Source: an uncultured Candidatus Saccharibacteria bacterium (lineage in GTDB: Bacteria > Patescibacteriota > Minisyncoccia > UBA6257 > 2-01-FULL-56-20). Taken from it: a stretch of 64,000 nucleotides of DNA. Location of the stretch: positions 18,113-82,112 of the forward strand of contig CAYHXC010000003.1 in NCBI GenBank assembly GCA_964360585.1. Direction: 5' to 3'. Shown here piece by piece: positions 1 to 10,900 of this stretch (its first letter is position 1; the number at the start of each line of letters is the position of its first letter). Both the position numbers and the translations under genes were made by a program. The notes under the pieces were generated by a model, which had not been told where the DNA came from, made no database searches, and was given only the letters and a program-made list of their open reading frames with translations.

Positions 1-197
1 ATATAAAAGTCATAAGATCTGGAAATACTAACATACCTGGAAATCCCATGTCAGGAGTGTATCACACTTTCTCTGATAGGAAAATCTGGCCTTTTTTCTT
101 TCAAATGGCCTCTGTTATAAGAATTCTCTCGGAAGCCTTGACAAGTCATAGTTCCTTACATATATTATATGTAGCTCATGAAAGGAGGTCTCACATT

Positions 198-629
198 ATG
201 ATGAGATCTATGATAGCTCTTTTGGGATTGGCCGTGATGGTCCTCGTGGACCTAGCTAGCCCCAATGGAACTACAGCGGATGACACACTCTCTCTCCCTC
301 TCTACTGGTCCCAGCCTGTTCACTCGACTTCCAAGAAGTCAAAAACTGTCCTTGTGACGGTGACGGCCTACTCCTCAACCCCCGACCAGACTGACAGCAC
401 ACCTTTTGTAACTGCTTCAGGAAAGCGAGTTCGTCACGGCATTGTGGCCACGAACTTGCTCCCCTTCGGCACAAAGGTGCAGATTCCGAAACTATTCGGA
501 GATCAAGTCTTCGTCGTTGAAGATCGGATGCATCAAAGAAAGACCAGGCACGTGGACATCTGGATGTCGAATAGAAGTAAAGCACTTCGGTTCGGCGTCA
601 AGAAAACCCACATCGTCGTTTTGAGCTAG
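198..629 (+). CDS. 3D (Asp-Asp-Asp) domain secreted protein
   Basis: VTAYSS..QTDSTPFVTASG, LPFGTKV, VEDRM and VDIWM motifs; hydrophobic N-terminus; AAAGGAGG at 181-188 favours ATG 198 over the ORF start at 48. Confidence 0.85.
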   Translation: MMRSMIALLGLAVMVLVDLASPNGTTADDTLSLPLYWSQPVHSTSKKSKTVLVTVTAYSSTPDQTDSTPFVTASGKRVRHGIVATNLLPFGTKVQIPKLFGDQVFVVEDRMHQRKTRHVDIWMSNRSKALRFGVKKTHIVVLS

Positions 630-665
630 AGAGAGTTCCATTCACCCACTGTAGTTCTCAAACCA

Positions 666-692
666 AAAGGCCCACATTCCACGTGGGCCTTT
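666..692 (+). terminator. intrinsic terminator-like hairpin after the 3D gene
   Basis: AAAGGCCCAC-attccac-GTGGGCCTTT. Confidence 0.6.
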
Positions 693-724
693 AACACTTC
701 ATGCCCCACCCACGCTCTACTTAC

Positions 725-993
725 TGTTCCAATACATATTGGATACCTTCGATAAAATGGAAATTATGAGAATAAGTCCAAAGAAGATTGTTCGGCGGTT
801 GCGGAAAAATGAGGGGAAAGTACGGGTAACGGCCTATGAGTTAAGGGTAAGCCCCAGTACGGTTACGAACTGGCGGCAGAGAGCCGCGGGTGTCACGCTC
901 AAGTACCTACGCCGACTACTGACAGACCCCACTTGTCTCTCGAGATGATGACACCGGTCGATAAACTACAAAGTGTCCAATAAGCGTGAAACA
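725..993 (+). mobile_element. internally deleted IS remnant (IS481/IS3-like ends) with an HTH fragment
   Basis: Imperfect TIRs TGTTCCAATACATATTGGATAC / GTGTCCAATAAGCGTGAAACA; internal ORF 739-948 has an HTH-like TAYELRVSPSTVTNWRQR and then stops. Confidence 0.5.
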
Positions 994-1030
994 GTAAGCA
1001 TGAGTGTGTTTACAGACGTCATCCATCGGG

Positions 1031-2272
1031 TTAATGGTTTTGATCGGATTTATTCTTGATCAAAGTTTGCCAAGATATTCCCAGGGCGACTCCGAGAGTT
1101 ACCCAGACATGACGGAAGAAAATGCTGTCGGCGAAGAAGATATTGACGAGCAGTGCCGGGACGGCTACCAACCAAGCCAGCTTAAGGTCCGCGCCCTGGT
1201 CCAGCAGGTCTTCAAGAGTTGCCCTGATCGATATACCCATACGGTAAAAAAACAGAAGAAATGCCGTAAGCGCCCCGATGCCGCCATACACCGCAACTTC
1301 CAGGAAAGTGTTGAACGGTTGGATCAGTTTTCCGTCGGCTATTATCGGATAATAGCCAAAACCCACGCCGAGGGGGTTTCTGAATATTATGTCCACCGCT
1401 TCAAGCCAGAACAGATGTCTCACCTGACTGGCGGTCGGATGGGTTATAAATTCGGCCACTCTTTTGGATACGAAGGCTTGAACAGCCGGCGTGGGGCGCG
1501 CGCCGAGGCAGAAAAGCAGATACCCGAGATAAAAAACAGAAATTGAGAGCGCGAGAATGACCAAGCATTTTTTGAAACTTTTCTTCTTTAAATACAGAAC
1601 GGACCAAATAATTATGGATACCGCCAAAGATAACCAAGCCGCCCTGGACGCGCTCCAGAGAATGAAGTTGGCTATGACAACAAGCCACGAGGCCGCGGCC
1701 ATTTTTTGCCAAAGAACTTTTGAGGACAGAAAAATGCCGACGCCGATAATGAAAATGATAGAAAGCCAAGAGCCGAGGATGATAGGACTTTGGAGAAAAC
1801 CACTGAGGCGCCCATTGCTTAAAAGTATGTCCTGCCACGTTCCCCAAAAAATCGGTATGATAACGAGCGGAGACGCGAAAACGGCCAAACTCAGATAATG
1901 GACAAGTCTTTGACCTGTTGAAATTGCACACGCCAGAAAAAGGAGCATTCCCATCTCAAGGGCAAGTCGAGCGTAGTTTAAGACGATCGCATTCGCGGAG
2001 GCCGGAGGCGGCCCATGTCTTAGGAATCCTATAAACTGTCCGATGACGATAAAAATGGCAATTGCGAGAAGGGGCAGGATGTAGATTGCTATTTGCGGCC
2101 AAAATTCCACAACTGCGGTTCTCGCGCGCCGGTGGAGGAACGTGAGGATTCCCGCAGTAACGAAAAGGGCGTCTGCCCACTTGACGGGCTGGCTGCTGCG
2201 TAGCATTAAAAAGAAGGCTGCCGCAACGACGATCCAAAAGATTACATTCTTTTTTGTGAATAAATGCATCAA
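1031..2272 (-). CDS. O-antigen ligase (Wzy_C) family membrane protein
   Basis: Multi-TM; GRLSGFLQSP, SASRAAW, R..W......NPLGVGFG and NTFLEVAVYGG motifs. Confidence 0.8.
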   Translation of the reverse strand: MMHLFTKKNVIFWIVVAAAFFLMLRSSQPVKWADALFVTAGILTFLHRRARTAVVEFWPQIAIYILPLLAIAIFIVIGQFIGFLRHGPPPASANAIVLNYARLALEMGMLLFLACAISTGQRLVHYLSLAVFASPLVIIPIFWGTWQDILLSNGRLSGFLQSPIILGSWLSIIFIIGVGIFLSSKVLWQKMAAASWLVVIANFILWSASRAAWLSLAVSIIIWSVLYLKKKSFKKCLVILALSISVFYLGYLLFCLGARPTPAVQAFVSKRVAEFITHPTASQVRHLFWLEAVDIIFRNPLGVGFGYYPIIADGKLIQPFNTFLEVAVYGGIGALTAFLLFFYRMGISIRATLEDLLDQGADLKLAWLVAVPALLVNIFFADSIFFRHVWVTLGVALGISWQTLIKNKSDQNH

Positions 2273-2458
2273 GAAATTTCCTCCTTCTTATGAAATTAAG
2301 AAAGCCTGGTTGATTAATACTACCAGCTTCCGCAATCTTCTCAAAATTTAATATCGGCGTTTTTTCTCCAAAACATGGATGATGGACTTGTTTTATATTT
2401 TATTTTAAATTGTAAGTACGCTGGGTCATGTAAAGGGCTTTCTTAGGACGCTTTTTTC

Positions 2459-4711
2459 GTGGCATACGACCCCCACATGACATCAGAATTTCTTCGCAAA
2501 ACTGCCGTATTTTTTGTTTATGTCGCCATCATCGGCACGCCGCTTTTTTATTTTTCACAAGGAGTGTATCCTTTTGTTCTTTCGAAGAGCTTATTTTTCC
2601 AGTTCGCGGCAACAGGCGTCATTTTTTTTTGGCTTGCCTTAATGGCGGTCGACGGAAGATACCGCCCCAAAAGAACACCTCTGTCGCTCGCCCTCCTTTT
2701 GTTCTTTATCGTTTTAACAATAACGGCGGTTTTTGGCAACGATACGTGGCGAAGTTTTTGGTCCACCCAGGAAAGAGCAGTTGGCGTTGCGGCTCTTTGG
2801 CAACTCTTCGGATTTTTTCTGGCCGTTGTCGCCTTACGCGCGGATTTGGCCAAAGAGAATTTATGGTATGTCTCGATAGCGGTAGCTTCGGCAGTAAGCT
2901 TCATCGCGGAGATACAGCTGAAGGTTCCCGATCTTTTGGTCTCCGGAAATACGGCCGGCCGGCCCGGAGCGACATTAGGCAACCCCGCCTTTCTTGCGGG
3001 ATATTTACTGCCGCATATATTTATTATCGGTTATTTTTTACTGGAAAAATTGCGAGATCTGCGACGGCAAAGAAATAATTTACTGTTGATCTTTCTCGCC
3101 GGCTCACTGATCGTCCAGCTGGGGGCCTTGTTCCATTCCGAAAGCCGCGGTTCTTTGATCGCTCTTGTCGCGGGAATCTTGGCGTTGCTATTTATGTTCG
3201 CCGTCGAACCGCCCCGGGGATTTGGCTATCTTTTCTCCCGGCGTTCATTTTACGTGATCGTTCTGGTGGTCATTCTTGCGGGCAGTTTTGGTTTTTGGTT
3301 TACCCGCGCAAGCCCACTCTGGGAAGGCGCTTTCGGCATACGCCGTTTTCAGGAACTTTCTGAAGACGCGCTTGCGCCCCGCATGGCCGCCCTCGCGGCC
3401 TCCTGGCAGGGCTTCAAGGAAAAGCCCATATTGGGCTGGGGTTGGGATAATTTCAATATAGTTTTCAATAAATACTACGACCCCAATTTGCTGAAGGTAA
3501 ATTATCAAGAAACCCGTTTCGATAAGCCGCATAACTTTTTGGCCGAATACGCCATTGCCGGAGGGATCCCGCTTTTAGCTGCCGCAATTTACGTTTTCTT
3601 CATCTTCTCGCGTCAAGCACTGACGCTCAAAGACCCGCTTTTCGGTAAGATCGCGTTTGCGGCCATGATCTCTTACGCGGTACACAACATATTCCTTTTT
3701 GAGACGATTGGAGCACTACTCGTTTGGTATTTGGTGATGGCGAAAGTAGACGGAGATTGTATCGCGGAAGAGAAGCGGGCCGTCAGCCGCGCCGCAAAAA
3801 ATTCCAAGGCGAAAACACGGATATATTTTTCGCTCGCCGCCGGGGCTGTTGCGATTTACTTTATAAGTTTTTTACCCCTGGTCGCTTCATATCGCCAATA
3901 TCAAGCCATCGATAATTATTTGAACGGACGGACGGAGCGGGCCTTCGAAAATTTTAAAAGCGCGGCTGCGGGTTGGAATCCTTATGGTTGGATGATGAAG
4001 CGCGACTATGCAGTCGCTATCGCCACGGCCTATTTCAAAGATCCCGAAAAAATTTCCGATGGGGAAGCGCGGCTTGCCGTTCAGGCGATGGAGGAGGTCG
4101 TTCACGAACATCCGTACGATGCGCAAAGCCGGGCCATTTTGGTGAATGTATACAACCAGGTCTCTGATGTTGATCCGCAGTATCTGGCCAGGGCGGAGCG
4201 CGAGGCCCAGGAGGCGCTTAAACTTTCTCCTCGTCGCCAAGAAATATATTTTTATCTTGCGAAGACAAAAACGCTTCAACGTGAGAACGAAGAAGCGCTC
4301 GAGATCTTAAGGTCTGCTATCGATCTGGCGCCGGAAGTTTCGCAGGGCCATTTTTATTACGGCCTCGTTGCTTTTGCTGGCAATAAACCGGAGCAAGGAT
4401 TTTTGGAGGTGGAAAAAGCGATCGCTCTCGGCCTTAACGTCAGAGATAAGGACGAACTCATGGTTGCCGCGAATTATTATGTGGATAACGGCTACGCGTC
4501 ACGGACCGTTCCTTTGTACAAAAAAATGGTAGAGATCGACGATTCGGATATTGAAGCAAAATTGAAACTGGGAGTCGCTTACTATCTTTCCGGAGAGTTC
4601 GACGGTGCGCGCCGCTATATCCTTGAAGCAGGAAGAGAGTTTGATTTCAAGGACAGTAATCTATATTTGCCGTTAAAGCCGATCTTCCAGGATCTTGGTT
4701 TGAACCTTTAA
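2459..4711 (+). CDS. O-antigen ligase family protein with C-terminal TPR repeats
   Basis: RPGATLGNPAFLAGYL, SESRG, PILGWGWDNF, FDKPHN; TPR-like helical C-terminus. Confidence 0.85.
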   Translation: MAYDPHMTSEFLRKTAVFFVYVAIIGTPLFYFSQGVYPFVLSKSLFFQFAATGVIFFWLALMAVDGRYRPKRTPLSLALLLFFIVLTITAVFGNDTWRSFWSTQERAVGVAALWQLFGFFLAVVALRADLAKENLWYVSIAVASAVSFIAEIQLKVPDLLVSGNTAGRPGATLGNPAFLAGYLLPHIFIIGYFLLEKLRDLRRQRNNLLLIFLAGSLIVQLGALFHSESRGSLIALVAGILALLFMFAVEPPRGFGYLFSRRSFYVIVLVVILAGSFGFWFTRASPLWEGAFGIRRFQELSEDALAPRMAALAASWQGFKEKPILGWGWDNFNIVFNKYYDPNLLKVNYQETRFDKPHNFLAEYAIAGGIPLLAAAIYVFFIFSRQALTLKDPLFGKIAFAAMISYAVHNIFLFETIGALLVWYLVMAKVDGDCIAEEKRAVSRAAKNSKAKTRIYFSLAAGAVAIYFISFLPLVASYRQYQAIDNYLNGRTERAFENFKSAAAGWNPYGWMMKRDYAVAIATAYFKDPEKISDGEARLAVQAMEEVVHEHPYDAQSRAILVNVYNQVSDVDPQYLARAEREAQEALKLSPRRQEIYFYLAKTKTLQRENEEALEILRSAIDLAPEVSQGHFYYGLVAFAGNKPEQGFLEVEKAIALGLNVRDKDELMVAANYYVDNGYASRTVPLYKKMVEIDDSDIEAKLKLGVAYYLSGEFDGARRYILEAGREFDFKDSNLYLPLKPIFQDLGLNL

Positions 4712-4832
4712 TTTGTAGCGCGCCAGAAGTCATGATTTTGAGGAATATTTTCGTGATGTTCGAAGGCGTAAAATACGCTCTCGAAATTGACGCTGGGGGG
4801 ACATTGAGAAATCAGATCCCCCAAGTTGTCGT

Positions 4833-5117
4833 GTGCCACGAGACATGTTGAATTACCCCGAAAAGTTCGGAGTAGAGATCTTCTACTCCTTCCCCGTCGA
4901 GAAGGATTGGAAAAGGTTGATCGAGGAGGCCAGGGAAACTGGCCAGGAGGCGGATGAAGAAGTGATACGATCTTCATCTCCTCCTTCGGCAACTTCGGTT
5001 GCCGAAGACTCGAACGTCGTGGCTACGGAATTTGTCCTAGTTGATGTCGAAGAGTGTCACGATGTTGAGGTGGAATTCCTCGCGGAAGGAACCCCCTTCA
5101 AGAGCATCCCGCGATAG
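4833..5117 (+). CDS. hypothetical acidic protein
   Basis: 94-aa Glu-rich ORF filling the gap before a terminator hairpin; no family recognised. Confidence 0.3.
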   Translation: MPRDMLNYPEKFGVEIFYSFPVEKDWKRLIEEARETGQEADEEVIRSSSPPSATSVAEDSNVVATEFVLVDVEECHDVEVEFLAEGTPFKSIPR

Positions 5118-5235
5118 CGAGCAAGAAGGGAGGGTTATGAAGTACAATGCACCACTCGCATTCGCGAAAAAGAAGTGGGCTCACCCTGGGGCTAAAGGGT
5201 AGCCATGAAGGTAAGGCTGGAATCCTCTAATTTAC

Positions 5236-5265
5236 GAGCCGATATTCTATTTTGGATATCGGCTC
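5236..5265. terminator. hairpin between convergent genes
   Basis: GAGCCGATAT...ATATCGGCTC 10-bp stem downstream of groEL. Confidence 0.5.
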
Positions 5266-5326
5266 TTCTCATTTCTATAATCACACAATTTGACTGATCA
5301 TTCTCTCGTCTCAATTTTGTTTAATT

Positions 5327-7006
5327 TTAGTAACCACCCATCCCTCCGCCCATTCCTCCGGGCATTCCCCCACCACCTTCTTTTTCCTTTTCTGGAATTG
5401 TGGTCAGCGCCGCGCCAATCGTGAGATAGGTCGAAGCTACCGAGACAGAAGAAACTAAAGCGGTCTTTGTTACTTTCAAAGGATCGATGATTCCAGCTTC
5501 CTTGAGGTCGCCAATTTTGTTCGTAATGCCATTGAATCCTGTCCAGCGATCTCCTTTCGCGCGCTTCTTCAGTTCGGCCATGATCGGCTCGGCCGCCTCA
5601 CCGCTATTCTTGAGGATTGCTCGAAGCGGCGACTCAAGTGTTCGCATCAGAATTCCATGCGCCGCCATTGCGACTGAATCACTCATAGTTTTCTGATGAG
5701 CTGGCTTCATTTCTTCATATCTCTCCGTCATTTCAAGCGAAACGTTGAAGAGCGCGATACCGCCGCCCGGCACAATTCCCTCTTCCATGGCCGCTCGGGT
5801 GGCCGCGACTGCGTCCTCAACGCGTTGCTTTAACTCTTTCTGAGCAGTTTCCGTGGCTGCGCCAACTTTGATCACCGCGACACCACCGGACAATTTGCCC
5901 AATCGCTCCTGTAATTTTTCTTTGTCGAAATCTGAGTCGGTTTTCTGAATCTGCGTTTTGATCTGTGCCACACGGCTATCAATTTCTTTCTTATTGCCTT
6001 TGCCATCAACAATCGTCGAAGTGTCCTTTCCGGAAACGACGCGATGGGCGTGTCCCAAATCTTCCAAACCAACGTTCTCCATCTTCTTCCCAAGATCATC
6101 AGATATAAATGTAGCGCCAGTTACAATCGCAATATCCTGAAGCATCTCCTTCCTACGATCACCAAACCCTGGTGCCTTGATCGCCAAAACACTGAAGATG
6201 CCGCGCAACTTGTTCAAAATCAAAGTGGTCAAAGCCTCGCCTTCAACCTCCTCAGCGATAATGACCAACTCCTTTTTCCCACTCTGCACAATCTTCTCGA
6301 GTAAAGCTAATATCTCCTGAATCGAAGAGATCTTCTTATCAGTTACCAATATATACGGATCTTCCAAAATGGCTTCCATCCGCTCCTGATTGGTAATCAT
6401 GTACGGAGAAACGTAGCCGCGATCAAACTGCATACCTTCGACAAATTCATACGAGTTGGCGAGTGTGTTCGAATCATCAATCGTCACCACACCATCCTTG
6501 CCAATCTTGCCCATCACTTCGGCGATCAAGCCGCCAATTTCTGCGTCCTTGGCCGAAAGCGTAGCCACCTCTTTCACTTTCTTATTGTCGTTGATCAGTT
6601 CGCGCTGACTCTCGAGCGCTTTAATAATTACTTCGCTTTCTTTCTTCAGTTCTTCGGCGAGATGAATAACGTTAAACCCTTTTTCGCTAATCGCTTTTTC
6701 TCCTTCGTCGATCATCGCCTGGGCCAAAACAACCGAAGTCGTCGTACCATCGCCAACATTGTCGTTGGTCTTGTCCGCGGCCTGCTTCACAAACTCAGCG
6801 CCGAGATTTTCATACTTGTCTTCGAGCTCAACCTCTTTGGCGACAGTCACACCGTCAAAAGTGACCTGCGGCGCGCCATACCCTTTTTCGATCACCACTG
6901 CTCGGCCGCGAGGACCAAGGGTCATCTTCACCGCTTCGGCCAACTTATCAATTCCCTTCTTCATGGCCGCGCGGGCTTCTTCGTTAAATAAAATTTGTTT
7001 TGCCAT
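5327..7006 (-). CDS. groL: chaperonin GroEL
   Basis: TLGPRGR, DGVTVAKE, GDGTTT, GMQFDRGY, GGM tail. Confidence 0.98.
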   Translation of the reverse strand: MAKQILFNEEARAAMKKGIDKLAEAVKMTLGPRGRAVVIEKGYGAPQVTFDGVTVAKEVELEDKYENLGAEFVKQAADKTNDNVGDGTTTSVVLAQAMIDEGEKAISEKGFNVIHLAEELKKESEVIIKALESQRELINDNKKVKEVATLSAKDAEIGGLIAEVMGKIGKDGVVTIDDSNTLANSYEFVEGMQFDRGYVSPYMITNQERMEAILEDPYILVTDKKISSIQEILALLEKIVQSGKKELVIIAEEVEGEALTTLILNKLRGIFSVLAIKAPGFGDRRKEMLQDIAIVTGATFISDDLGKKMENVGLEDLGHAHRVVSGKDTSTIVDGKGNKKEIDSRVAQIKTQIQKTDSDFDKEKLQERLGKLSGGVAVIKVGAATETAQKELKQRVEDAVAATRAAMEEGIVPGGGIALFNVSLEMTERYEEMKPAHQKTMSDSVAMAAHGILMRTLESPLRAILKNSGEAAEPIMAELKKRAKGDRWTGFNGITNKIGDLKEAGIIDPLKVTKTALVSSVSVASTYLTIGAALTTIPEKEKEGGGGMPGGMGGGMGGY

Positions 7007-7046
7007 ACTTTGAACTTAAAACTTTTAACTAATAACTTATAACTTT

Positions 7047-7409
7047 TTACGACTTTTTTAATTTTTTCTTAAAACCTCCTAACTGATTCGCAACACTTTC
7101 CAGCTTCCGGTGAATATCATCAAACTGTCCCTGGGTAATTAATTTATTATCTTTCAACACATCAATCGCAGCCAACGTTTCATATATTGATCCCATTGAG
7201 ATATTGAAGAAACGGTTCATATCTTTATCCGAATCTTTTCCACTTCCTTCTGCGATATTCAAAATTATAGAAAGAGCCGCTCGCGTTACCTGATTTCCTA
7301 AATCGAACTTATACTCTTGGGGCAATCCTTTAACCATCCTCAAAATATCTGCGAACACTGATTTTGATTCCTCGTACACTGGCCATCCTAAAAACCTAAA
7401 CTTATTCAT
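7047..7409 (-). CDS. four-helix-bundle protein (23S rRNA IVP / TIGR02436-like)
   Basis: LP.E..F.L..Q..RAALSI.LNIAEG...RFF.I..GS..E signature. Confidence 0.88.
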   Translation of the reverse strand: MNKFRFLGWPVYEESKSVFADILRMVKGLPQEYKFDLGNQVTRAALSIILNIAEGSGKDSDKDMNRFFNISMGSIYETLAAIDVLKDNKLITQGQFDDIHRKLESVANQLGGFKKKLKKS

Positions 7410-7444
7410 GTCGCTTCTCGTTATACGTTTCCAGTTTTTAGTTA

Positions 7445-7735
7445 TTAGTCCAAGACTGCGAGCACATCATCTTCGTCCGCGACCAGATATTTTTTTCCAT
7501 CCAGCTCGACTTCGTCCGGACCATATTTTTTAAATAAGACTACATCGCCCACTTTGACCGACATCGGTATCCGCTCGCCCTTGTCATTCGCTTTGCCCGG
7601 CCCAACCGCCAAGACCTTCCCTTTGACTGGCCGCTCCTTCTCCGCTGACTCCGGCAAGACAATCCCCGACTTCGTCACTTTCTCCTCTTCAGCCGCCTCA
7701 ATAAAAAGGTGATTTGATAATGGTTTAAAGTTCAT
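7445..7735 (-). CDS. groS: co-chaperonin GroES
   Basis: KPL, TKSGIVLP, G.VLAVGPG, VKVGD.VLF.KY. Confidence 0.97.
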   Translation of the reverse strand: MNFKPLSNHLFIEAAEEEKVTKSGIVLPESAEKERPVKGKVLAVGPGKANDKGERIPMSVKVGDVVLFKKYGPDEVELDGKKYLVADEDDVLAVLD

Positions 7736-7779
7736 TAGTCATATAGATGTATTAGTTCGACCTAATAATAGTAGGCTTA

Positions 7780-7807
7780 ATCATAGAGAAATCTGCCCGA
7801 GTGTCAA
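7780..7807 (-). promoter_or_regulatory. sigma70-like promoter of the groES operon
   Basis: Minus strand TTGACA-N16-TATGAT. Confidence 0.5.
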
Positions 7808-7999
7808 GAATGTTCGAGCTTTCTTTTCGAAGACACCCATAAAATCCTACTGGATTTTTGATCGGCTCGAACCGGCCGTTCTGCGCCAGGTCTTCAAAAA
7901 CAAAACTCTCAGCTAGGTTTACGGAAGGTAGTCCGCAATGTCTTAGTCATGAGAACTCTCAGCCAGTGTTACAAAGTGTAACAGCACTTCGCTTCAAAG

Positions 8000-10900
8000 C
8001 TAGGATGCTGGAACAAGCCAGATAAAGTTCCCTGCATCATCTTTTTCGTTAAGATTTATCACCCACACTCGCGACCAGGTATGATCCTGCACAATCAAAT
8101 TATCATTCCGATCAAAGGCTACTTCGCCCGGCGCGCCCATGGGCAGTCGAATAACGGCGTCGGGATTTTGTCCCATCACATAGGTTCCATCGCTTTTCTT
8201 AGCTAAGGGATTTCTATAAAGGAAAAGCTGGGTGGTGGCTCGAGTTCCGTCATTCGCCCATCCAGTGCCATCAGTTGTCACAACCATCTGGTTCTGACTA
8301 TCAAAAGCTACCGAAATCGGAGAATTTATTTTATACGGCACCTCGGAACAATTCGCCGGTTGGGTCAGAGAGTTGCTCACGAAAACTTTACGAGCGGAAA
8401 TATTTGGGAAGAGTGTCGAAGCACGTTGAATATCTTCGCCCATAAAAACGGTGATACGGTTATTCCCATGACACTCATAGTTATTTTCGATCGCATATAA
8501 ATTTCCGAGACGGTCAAACTCAATCCGACCAACGTCACACAAACTATCTGCCGAAGGAGCTCCCTTCGCTGTCCAATCATACTGTTGATTGTGATTGCAC
8601 TGAACCGATGTCTTGTTCGGTTGTCCGATAACAAGATCTACTAATAACTTTTTACTGTATTCATCGTAGTTACTCACCCGCAAAATACGGTTGTGATCGC
8701 GATCATTAATCCACAATGTATTAGTTGTCGGATCAAACTCCGGCCCAGTTTCTCGCATCGAGTACTCCACTTCCACAGTGGGATTATCTTTCCAATAGAG
8801 CGACAACTCCTGACGAACTAACTGAGGGGCCAGATTAGGATAGAGCTGATATAACATCAGATGACCGGTGTGCAGATAGGTCGTCCAGAGTCTATTTTTT
8901 TCATCTACTGCGAAAGAGAGTCGGGCGCCAGGATTATAAACGGATTTTCCTGAAGCTCCCGACGGAGCGGAAAGATAGTTTGGCCAAACCATAATGCGCT
9001 CTCGATCTTTCACGATGAGCTGATCTCCAGATACTGTCATCCCTACTGCTTCAGACAAGGCCGACAGACTGGGAATATTGGCAACAGAGAATGCTTGATC
9101 AAAGTCAGCAAAGCATCCCGCAGTATTTCCTCGTAGCTGATACCGATGCACGCCTTTATCGCGCGCTCCCCACTCATCAGCAATATAAACACGATCCTGG
9201 CCATCAAATCCCAATGACCCAGAAGGCCAGGTGAGCTCGTCGGCCAATGAAGCCACCACGCTACCATCATTTCGGATAAGCAAAGTTCGCCCTCCTCCTG
9301 GACGACTGTGCTCATTGATCCACATTGTCCCTTCCACACATTTCCCGTCCAACATCCTATTGAAGGCGAGCGTACTTGCGGTGAACCAGTATCCGGGAAC
9401 GGTGGGATATATGACCTTCCGTGCGGCCATGCCGTTTGAGAAAGGAGGCGTGAAAACCAAGATACGAACTTCAAACGCATGTTCGTGAAACTCATCGAGT
9501 ACATACAGTTCGCCAGTCGCGGGATTGATTCGCGCCAGTGTTGGATTACACATTTCGGTGAGTTCCGCGCGACGGAAGCAACCCTCTAGGCCACGACTAC
9601 TAAAACTTCCATTTTTTCTACCCAGCACCAGATCAGCTTCTTTTTGACCGGGAAGAAACCGAAGAACACGATTATTAAAAGTATCCGCCACCCAGACATT
9701 CCCTTCGTCATCAACTGAAACACCTCTCGTCGAGACATGACCAGGAGCGCCAGCGCTCGTCCAGAGCGATTCTGCATCGGGAGTTGTCCTGCCTTGATTT
9801 ACTTTATTCCCGGTGAAGTTGGCCTGACCCCACACAAAATCAGCAACTGTGTCCCCTTTTCCATTTGTTTTACTAACACTATAAGGTTCGTTGTACTTCA
9901 GCACGCGATTATTCATTACGTCCACAACATACAAATTTCCTTCCTTATCAACATCGAGATTCATGTGCTGCCACTGCTCAGCCACGTTGGCTCCGATTGG
10001 AAACTGGAGCAAGCACAAAGACGAAGCCGTAGGAGATTTATAAAAACCAAGATTGTTATCGCCATTACAAGCCGAAGAACCAAAATCCGGCTGGCCGAAA
10101 ACAAGGTTGGCGCCCGTAAGGGTTCCGCTGTATCCCAAGATACGACTATTACCGCTATCTAAAACATAGACTTTATTCGGATTGGAACTCCGATCTACCG
10201 CCACACCGGGAGTGTGATAGGTTGATCCATTTGTCGGCTGCCACCACGCGGTTTCCTTATAACTTCTTTGTCCGAATACTTTGAGCGTCTTCACACACTG
10301 TCCGTAAAAATTTGTTTCGCCGGAAGGACAGTCCCGCGCGCTATCTTGTAACATACCGAGCGTAGAAATTTTCCCCTGACTTTGAGTCGGTACATTTGGG
10401 ATGGGAAGAGGAGCTGGGTTAGAACTGTCAGAAATTGTGACGCTATTTTGTGCCGGATCCAGAGGAGAAGGCCCGATACATATTTGAGTGCAATAAATCT
10501 CCAGGGAGTATACGCCCGCTACAACAGAATTTGGAATGGTCACAAACTCACTTCCATCATTAGGAGTATTCCATATCAGGGGATATGTACCTCTTATCGC
10601 TCTATCGTTTAAAAGAATATTTACTCGAGCACTATTTCCTCCACCGCCTCCTGTCCAACGCACTTCATAGCTTCTATTTCGCTGCCATCCTACACTCCCA
10701 AGTGGAGTTACTAATCTTAATTTCTGAATCGGCTGGATTGAAGAGGAGGTGGACGCGATCGCAGGAGCCGGAGAAGAAGATACACTAGCTATTGAAGGCA
10801 CGGTAGGCACACCCGTGGCTTTTCCGGAACCAGGGGTTTGCGGCGAAAGGGCTTCATTTACTCGTTGCCGAGTAATTGGCCCAAAGTATCCCGCGGCGGG

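Noticed and set aside
7047-7409. Diversity-generating retroelement suggested by the Avd-like fold
   Set aside because: No reverse transcriptase and no TR/VR pair with adenine-specific mismatches seen in the window.
7736-7830. CIRCE operator upstream of groES
   Set aside because: Only a half-site-like TTGACACTC overlapping the -35 box; no second arm at 9-nt spacing.
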